Source: Anaeromyces robustus
Taxonomy: Eukaryota
Assembly (NCBI GenBank): GCA_002104895.1
Contig: MCFG01000056.1
Span: 186,001 to 225,389, forward strand
DNA: 39,389 nucleotides
Direction of reading: 5' to 3'
Shown piece after piece: positions 34,050 to 39,389 of this stretch; within the stretch, counting starts at the first letter, position 1; the number at the start of each line of letters is the position of its first letter. The notes under the pieces are model-generated. The model saw nothing but the letters and a program-made list of their open reading frames with translations. It had not been told where the DNA came from and ran no database searches. A program made the position numbers and the translations under genes.

Positions 34050-34642
34050 TGTAATGATATGGATCCATTATGGCTACTAATTAGGCTCAGTTCTACCTGC
34101 TTCTATTATTATGTTGGTTGTCTCTGGTTCGAACCTTACTCTTTACCTTTCGGAATAATATTATTTATTTAATTAATAATAAATATATTCACTCAATTAT
34201 TAGATAATAATTTACTTAAATTAATAATATGTATTCATTGAAATAAATTTATTTAAATATTAATTTATTATTCACTTAATTAATATAATAATTTATCTAG
34301 TTCTTAATATTATATTTATTTAATTAAAATAATAATTAAATAATTATATAATTCTTATTTTAAATAATTTGCCCAATCATGTAATAATTTAGAATAGATT
34401 TTTGAATATATAAATTCATGTATTTTATTTTATTTGACTCTTTGAGTCGATATTAACAATCAATTAATAATAAATAAAATATAAATATCAACCATAAATA
34501 AATGAACAAATATATATTATATAAATGAATCTACTAATTAATTAAGTGAATAATCAATAGTGTTATAAATAATTTAATATATTATATTATTATTTATTAT
34601 TAATTTCCTACAATAACCTAGTGGTCACTCCAAATCTTTACA
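34050..34642. mobile_element. Solo LTR Y (593 bp) nested in copy 1, at a deletion junction
   Basis: TGTAATGA...TCTTTACA termini. Left flank is copy-1 internal sequence, right flank is the LTR tail, and there is no matching TSD. Confidence 0.75.
34083..34145 (+). promoter_or_regulatory. Pol III B box with partial A box inside LTR Y
   Basis: GGTTCGAACC at 34126-34135. A-box-like AGGCTCAGTT starts 43 nt upstream but lacks the GG. Confidence 0.55.
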
Positions 34643-35218
34643 AATCACCTGGTAGTAATAATATAAATCTCTATTTATATTGAGTCTGTATCATTCATGA
34701 TACAAGATAAACTTATATCTAATTATTTTATTTAAAGACAAGACAGCAGGGAAATATTAACAAAACAATATATTCTAATATAACACAATTTATAATAATT
34801 ATTTCATGTTTAATATAATAGTTTATTTATTTATTATTATTTATTATTACATTTTATTATAATTATAATTGAATTTATCTAACTAATATTAATATCTAAA
34901 CTAAACTTTATTATATAAACACTATTCCTTATTAATCTATGTATTAACCTAGGAAATTCTCAAATAAAATATTAAATTATTAAACTAAATATTAATTAAA
35001 CCATTATAAAAATCTCTAAACTATATTATAAAAACTCACTTGGGATTAACTTTCTCTCCATAGAAAGATCAAATATTAAAAATATAATAATAATAATTTC
35101 TTTTATATGTATTATTTAGTTATTTAGCCAATCAGAATTATTTATTTTTTCTTCTTAATACATGTTCAATCACCTGGTAGTAATAATATAAATCTCTATT
35201 TATATTGAGTCTGTATCA

Positions 35219-35250
35219 AGATGCCGCCGCTTAAGATATGACTTCGTCCC
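35219..35250 (-). other. Atypical polypurine-tract region
   Basis: Minus strand GGGACGAAGTCATATCTTAAGCGGCGGCATCT directly precedes the 3' LTR. Identical in copy 1 (33091-33122). Confidence 0.5.
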
Positions 35251-35520
35251 TTGAAGTCATCAATAAAAGTAGAAGTTTTTATTCCATAATAATTATTTAT
35301 TATAATTATTTTGTATATATTTTTATAATAATTATTTTCAATAGATATTATTATTAGATTAATATATATATATATATATATTTTTATTTCTTCATCTTTT
35401 GTTCTTTTTGTAGCATCATCCAGTCTCTTGATTTTTATTCCTTTTTCTTATTTATAAATCTTCAGCACCTCCGGGATCTTATTTCTTCTTTTATACGTTA
35501 TAATTCTGATTATTATTATA

Positions 35521-35563
<43 letters not shown>

Positions 35564-35667
35564 AATATATATATATTTTCTTTTATGTATATATATGTAT
35601 ATTTTTTTATATATATAATTATTATTATTGTTGTTTTATTATTTTCATATTGTTTTGTCGCTGTCTC

Positions 35668-35684
35668 GCCCGGATTCTCCACCA
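35668..35684 (-). other. Primer-binding site complementary to a tRNA-Ala 3' end
   Basis: Minus strand TGGTGGAGAATCCGGGC, 4 nt from the LTR. Its complement GCCCGGATTCTCCA-CCA fits a GGGGAAT/ATTCTCC acceptor stem with the G3:U70 Ala determinant. Confidence 0.8.
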
Positions 35685-36225
35685 AATTTGATACAAGATA
35701 AACTTATATCTAATTATTTTATTTAAAGACAAGACAGCAGGGAAATATTAACAAAACAATATATTCTAATATAACACAATTTATAATAATTATTTCATGT
35801 TTAATATAATAGTTTATTTATTTATTATTATTTATTATTACATTTTATTATAATTATAATTGAATTTATCTAACTAATATTAATATCTAAACTAAACTTT
35901 ATTATATAAACACTATTCCTTATTAATCTATGTATTAACCTAGGAAATTCTCAAATAAAATATTAAATTATTAAACTAAATATTAATTAAACCATTATAA
36001 AAATCTCTAAACTATATTATAAAAACTCACTTGGGATTAACTTTCTCTCCATAGAAAGATCAAATATTAAAAATATAATAATAATAATTTCTTTTATATG
36101 TATTATTTAGTTATTTAGCCAATCAGAATTATTTATTTTTTCTTCTTAATACATGTTCAATCACCTGGTAGTAATAATATAAATCTCTATTTATATTGAG
36201 TCTGTATCATTCAAAGGAACAAGAA

Positions 36226-36307
36226 GCCGGGATGGCCGAGCGGTCTAAGGCGGCGCACTCAAGATGCGTTTTCGTAAGAAGCGCGAGTTCGAATCTCGCT
36301 TCCGGCA
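36226..36307 (+). tRNA. trnL-CAA: tRNA-Leu(CAA), intronless
   Basis: Acceptor GCCGGGA/TTCCGGC-A; D arm GCC..GGC; anticodon arm GCGCA-CTCAAGA-TGCGT; long variable arm TTTC-GTAA-GAAG; T arm GCGAG-TTCGAAT-CTCGC; no encoded CCA. Confidence 0.97.
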
Positions 36308-36312
36308 TTGTC

Positions 36313-36323
36313 TTTTTTGTTTT
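36313..36323 (+). terminator. Pol III oligo(T) terminator of tRNA-Leu
   Basis: TTTTTTGTTTT 5 nt after the discriminator base. Confidence 0.8.
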
Positions 36324-36658
36324 AGTTCTTTTTTTTTAATATATATATATTTATTTATTTAATTATTTATTTATAAATAATATATATATATATTTTTTTC
36401 TTACTTTTTTTTTTTTTTTTTTATTTTTTAAGACTAAGGTTAAATCTTTAATTTAAAAAATTAATTTTTATTAAATTAAAAGATTTAAATCTACAACAAC
36501 ATATATGTAATCTATAGTTATAGGTATTACTAACTTAAAAACAAGAAAATAATAAATTTTTATTTACAGAGATTAATCAAAAATAATCAAAAATTAAAAG
36601 AGAAAAAATAATAATAATAATAAAAAAAAAAAATAAATTAAATTAAATAAATAAATTA

Positions 36659-36722
<64 letters not shown>

Positions 36723-36888
36723 CTTTTAATCTCTTTCTTCCTATTTAATGAACAAAATTATTCTATCCTTCGAATCCGAATCAGAATAAATTCCATGTTT
36801 TTATCTTCTCGACATCGACACCTTTGAAGCCGCCCGGAATGTTCTTATTGTTATTATATAGTTGTTATTATACTAATTGAAGAAAATC

Positions 36889-37021
36889 CTAAAGGATAAA
36901 ATCTTTTATAATTGACATAATAACAATAAAAAAAAAAATACTATAGAATAATAATAGTCGGAATAGGAAACTCTAATAAACTTTTTTATTATGTTAATTA
37001 TATAAAGATTTTATCCTTTAG
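36889..37021. repeat. Inverted repeat, ~35-bp arms, 62-nt spacer
   Basis: CTAAAGGATAAAATCTTTTATAATTGACATAATAA versus reverse complement of 36986-37021 CTAAAGGATAAAATCTTTATATAATTAACATAATAA. Confidence 0.8.
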
Positions 37022-37320
37022 TTAGAATAAAGATCCTATATATCTTTGGATAGTCCATAATTTATATTCAATGTATATGTATATAGTAGGAACCAATATT
37101 TCAAAAAATTATTTCATATAGAAATCTCATACTTTCTTTAAATGGATGATTTTTTCGTTAGTATATCTTTCATTATATATATTATATATATAAATACTTG
37201 CCTTTAATTTCCTTTTTTTTTTTTCTTTTGAAAGACCTTTTTAATACCTTTTTAATTTCTTTTTTAAGGTACAATATTTTTTAGTCCATAAATAATAATA
37301 AGGCATGTAATAAGAATAAT

Positions 37321-37323
<3 letters not shown>

Positions 37324-37363
<40 letters not shown>

Positions 37364-39389
37364 GCAATAAAATAATGAAAATTTTATTTAAATTTAATTT
37401 AAAAAGTACATGTTATAAAGTAATTGTACATATTAAAACTTAATCTAATAAAGAATAATAATTTATTATTTAATAGATAGTAATAATTAATAATTACTTC
37501 ATATGGTATAGTGTATATTATTAAATTAAATCAAGTTGGAAAGTTATTATCATTATTAGATGCGTGTGACCTACTGTCTTGTCCTACTGAATTGTCAGCT
37601 TCGACGCTCTTGGTTAGATTGTTGGGATACCTATTGAATAATGACCAGATCTGGCCACTAACAGTAGGCATAATTCTAAGTAAAAGTGCGGATGTACGTA
37701 CCAAAAGTGGAACATCCGAAAAGGTGCTAGGTTTAAGTTGCGCCTTACAAAGACTGTTCCACTCCTCTTTCCCCAAGTTATAATGATTAACTCTTCCACC
37801 AAGAAGGAAATAATATACCCTACTCCATTCCAACGAGTTGGAATGAAAATTTACCCCACTTGAAGCATTACTAACTAAATTATTATAATTAATACTATTA
37901 TTTAAACTATTATTATTGTTGTTGATACTATAACTGAAAGTATTATTTAAGTTGTAAGTTAAACTAACATAATGAATAAAACTATTAGAAACTAAGAAAG
38001 TATTATTTCGTGAAGAATTCTCCAAGGAGGAGAAATTGTTGAAGTAATTAAAACCAAAAAAAATGTTGTTGATAGTTAAATTATTAATGAATTGAGAGTA
38101 GTTGTATAGAAAATATGTAGATAAGCTAGTACTATTACTATTACTAACATTATTAATATTACTATTATCATTGCTATTACCATTATTATTACTATTAATA
38201 TTAATATTACTATTACTACTGCTATTATTATTATAGATATTATCATAAATATTATTATTGTAGTTATTATTAAAATTATTAGAAAAGTTGATATTATCAG
38301 AACTAACTAAAGGTTTTCGATTAACATACAAATAAATGGTTTCAAGATTGCCAAATAACTTAGAACGCCAATGATCGAATGTTGGGCATTCTAGAATCCA
38401 ATGTTCGAAGGTTTGACTACCGCCTTTACAACAAGGACAGTAATCAGGGCAAGAGTCAGATACAAGTTTAGCGGCTTTAGCAATTTCACTATTGAATTTA
38501 TAACCACTACGTATTTTGAGGAGCCAATTAAAGCCATAAGCCAAGTTAGGGTATTCAAGTTCAAGATGTAAATAATCACGAGATAATTCAAGGTGATTAT
38601 CACAATAGGTAACAGCTTTAACGGAGTCTTTTTTGACATCTCTATTCCAATAAAAAGTCAAGATATCTTCTCTAGAGCCAATTTTAGAAAGTTTCTTTGA
38701 TAAAGTTCTGCTTTCTTTAGCCCATGTGTATTTTCTCATCTTCGGAATAATAGTAACTAACTTGGAAATAATACAATTAGAGTCTGCCCATCTCTTAAAA
38801 CATTTATCTTGAGCAATGGCACATTTGGCAGAAAGAGGAGGAATATTAAGATCTTTAGATACATTATATAAAGATATGAAGGAAGAGCGCTTCCTAAGAC
38901 CTGCAATCCAAGAGAGTCCTTTATTAATTAGCCTTTGAGCACCGTTTGTTCTAGTTTTATTAGATCCAAGTAAAGGTGCAACGTATGATACTTGACTGAC
39001 AACAACCGAATTAAAAACTGATTTCTTGAAGGATATAGGCATATAAGGATTAATTAAAAATCCTCTAACAGAAAAAAGCGCTTTCCTAACTTTATTATTC
39101 GTCGATTTAATTATCGGTTTAAGAGATAAATCACTATCAAAAGGAATTCCCAAATACGTATAACAATTAGTTTTTGGAATAATTTGACCAGCAAGGTAAA
39201 AGGTAGGGTCACCTTTAACTTTAGAATTTTCTGCTTTTACAACCGTAGTTCCACATTTACCAATTCCGAATTCCATAAGGTTAAATTTAGCCCAATCATT
39301 AACTTTTTTCAAAAGCTTATTTAGTTTACTTCTAGTAGGTGCACAAAGGACAATATCATCGGCAAAGAGGCCCCCACAACAGTTTTTTA
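37324..39389 (-). mobile_element. Non-LTR retrotransposon (LINE), 3' portion with 3' UTR and poly(A)39
   Basis: RT ORF, ~170-bp AT-rich 3' UTR, pure T39 at 37324-37362, and higher GC than the host DNA. Confidence 0.92.
37531..39387 (-). CDS. LINE ORF2 C-terminal part: RT active site/thumb plus CCHC zinc finger (5'-partial)
   Basis: The frame is open to the window edge: KNCCGGLFADDIVLCAP (FADD at 39366-39355), FGIGKCG, YTYLGIPFD, and CPCC..SQTFEHWILECP. Confidence 0.93.
   Translation of the reverse strand, partial: KNCCGGLFADDIVLCAPTRSKLNKLLKKVNDWAKFNLMEFGIGKCGTTVVKAENSKVKGDPTFYLAGQIIPKTNCYTYLGIPFDSDLSLKPIIKSTNNKVRKALFSVRGFLINPYMPISFKKSVFNSVVVSQVSYVAPLLGSNKTRTNGAQRLINKGLSWIAGLRKRSSFISLYNVSKDLNIPPLSAKCAIAQDKCFKRWADSNCIISKLVTIIPKMRKYTWAKESRTLSKKLSKIGSREDILTFYWNRDVKKDSVKAVTYCDNHLELSRDYLHLELEYPNLAYGFNWLLKIRSGYKFNSEIAKAAKLVSDSCPDYCPCCKGGSQTFEHWILECPTFDHWRSKLFGNLETIYLYVNRKPLVSSDNINFSNNFNNNYNNNIYDNIYNNNSSSNSNININSNNNGNSNDNSNINNVSNSNSTSLSTYFLYNYSQFINNLTINNIFFGFNYFNNFSSLENSSRNNTFLVSNSFIHYVSLTYNLNNTFSYSINNNNNSLNNSINYNNLVSNASSGVNFHSNSLEWSRVYYFLLGGRVNHYNLGKEEWNSLCKAQLKPSTFSDVPLLVRTSALLLRIMPTVSGQIWSLFNRYPNNLTKSVEADNSVGQDSRSHASNNDNNFPT

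Larger units (their letters stand above)
32570..34693 (-). mobile_element. Non-autonomous LTR element, copy 1 (older, interrupted by two solo LTRs and partly deleted)
   Basis: Full LTR 32570-33090. Internal 33091-33410 and 34012-34049 match copy 2. Only the last 51 bp of the other LTR remain (34643-34693). TTCA flanks at 32566-32569 and 34694-34697. Confidence 0.9.
34698..36209 (-). mobile_element. Non-autonomous LTR element (TRIM-like), copy 2, structurally complete, 1,512 bp
   Basis: Two apparently identical 521-bp LTRs (34698-35218, 35689-36209), a 470-bp non-coding internal region, a PBS next to the right LTR, a PPT-like tract next to the left LTR, and a 4-bp TSD TTCA (34694-34697, 36210-36213). 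Confidence 0.93.

Noticed and set aside
35491..35685. 64-aa ORF in the element's internal region, and a possible integrase-tail relic (IPEVLKIYK) near 35400-35490
   Set aside because: The ORF starts inside the PBS and is made of ATT tracts; the relic is too short and contains a stop.
36438..36490. AT-only hairpin downstream of the tRNA
   Set aside because: Expected by chance at this AT content.
37324..39389. tRNA targeting by the LINE
   Set aside because: It lies about 1 kb from the tRNA and its 5' end and TSD are outside the window; a single case shows nothing.

Overview
Very AT-rich, gene-sparse eukaryotic DNA. It is most likely an anaerobic gut fungus (Neocallimastigomycota); this is inferred from the composition, microsatellites and the KNGNEN..LVEHGADIN type of ankyrin repeat. 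From left to right: (1) a >1,630-codon N/Q/S-rich ORF on the minus strand (ATG at 4898) that runs off the left edge and is missing from the ORF track; (2) about 17 kb of mostly non-coding DNA with microsatellites, an ankyrin pseudogene and a 90-aa ORF with a membrane anchor; (3) one ~6-kb gene (28426->22469) encoding a type II membrane protein with four tandem Stealth (hexose-1-phosphate transferase) modules, the fourth with degenerate catalytic motifs, broken by clustered 1-nt indels that look like sequencing errors; (4) a retroelement stack just upstream of a tRNA-Leu(CAA) gene; (5) the 3' part of an intact-looking non-LTR retrotransposon with a 39-nt poly(A). The stack is the most unusual part. 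Two copies of a non-autonomous LTR element (521-bp LTRs, tRNA-Ala-type PBS) sit in tandem at the same TTCA target 16 bp upstream of the tRNA. The older copy carries two further solo LTRs, each with a tRNA-like Pol III A/B-box promoter at nearly the same distance from one LTR end.
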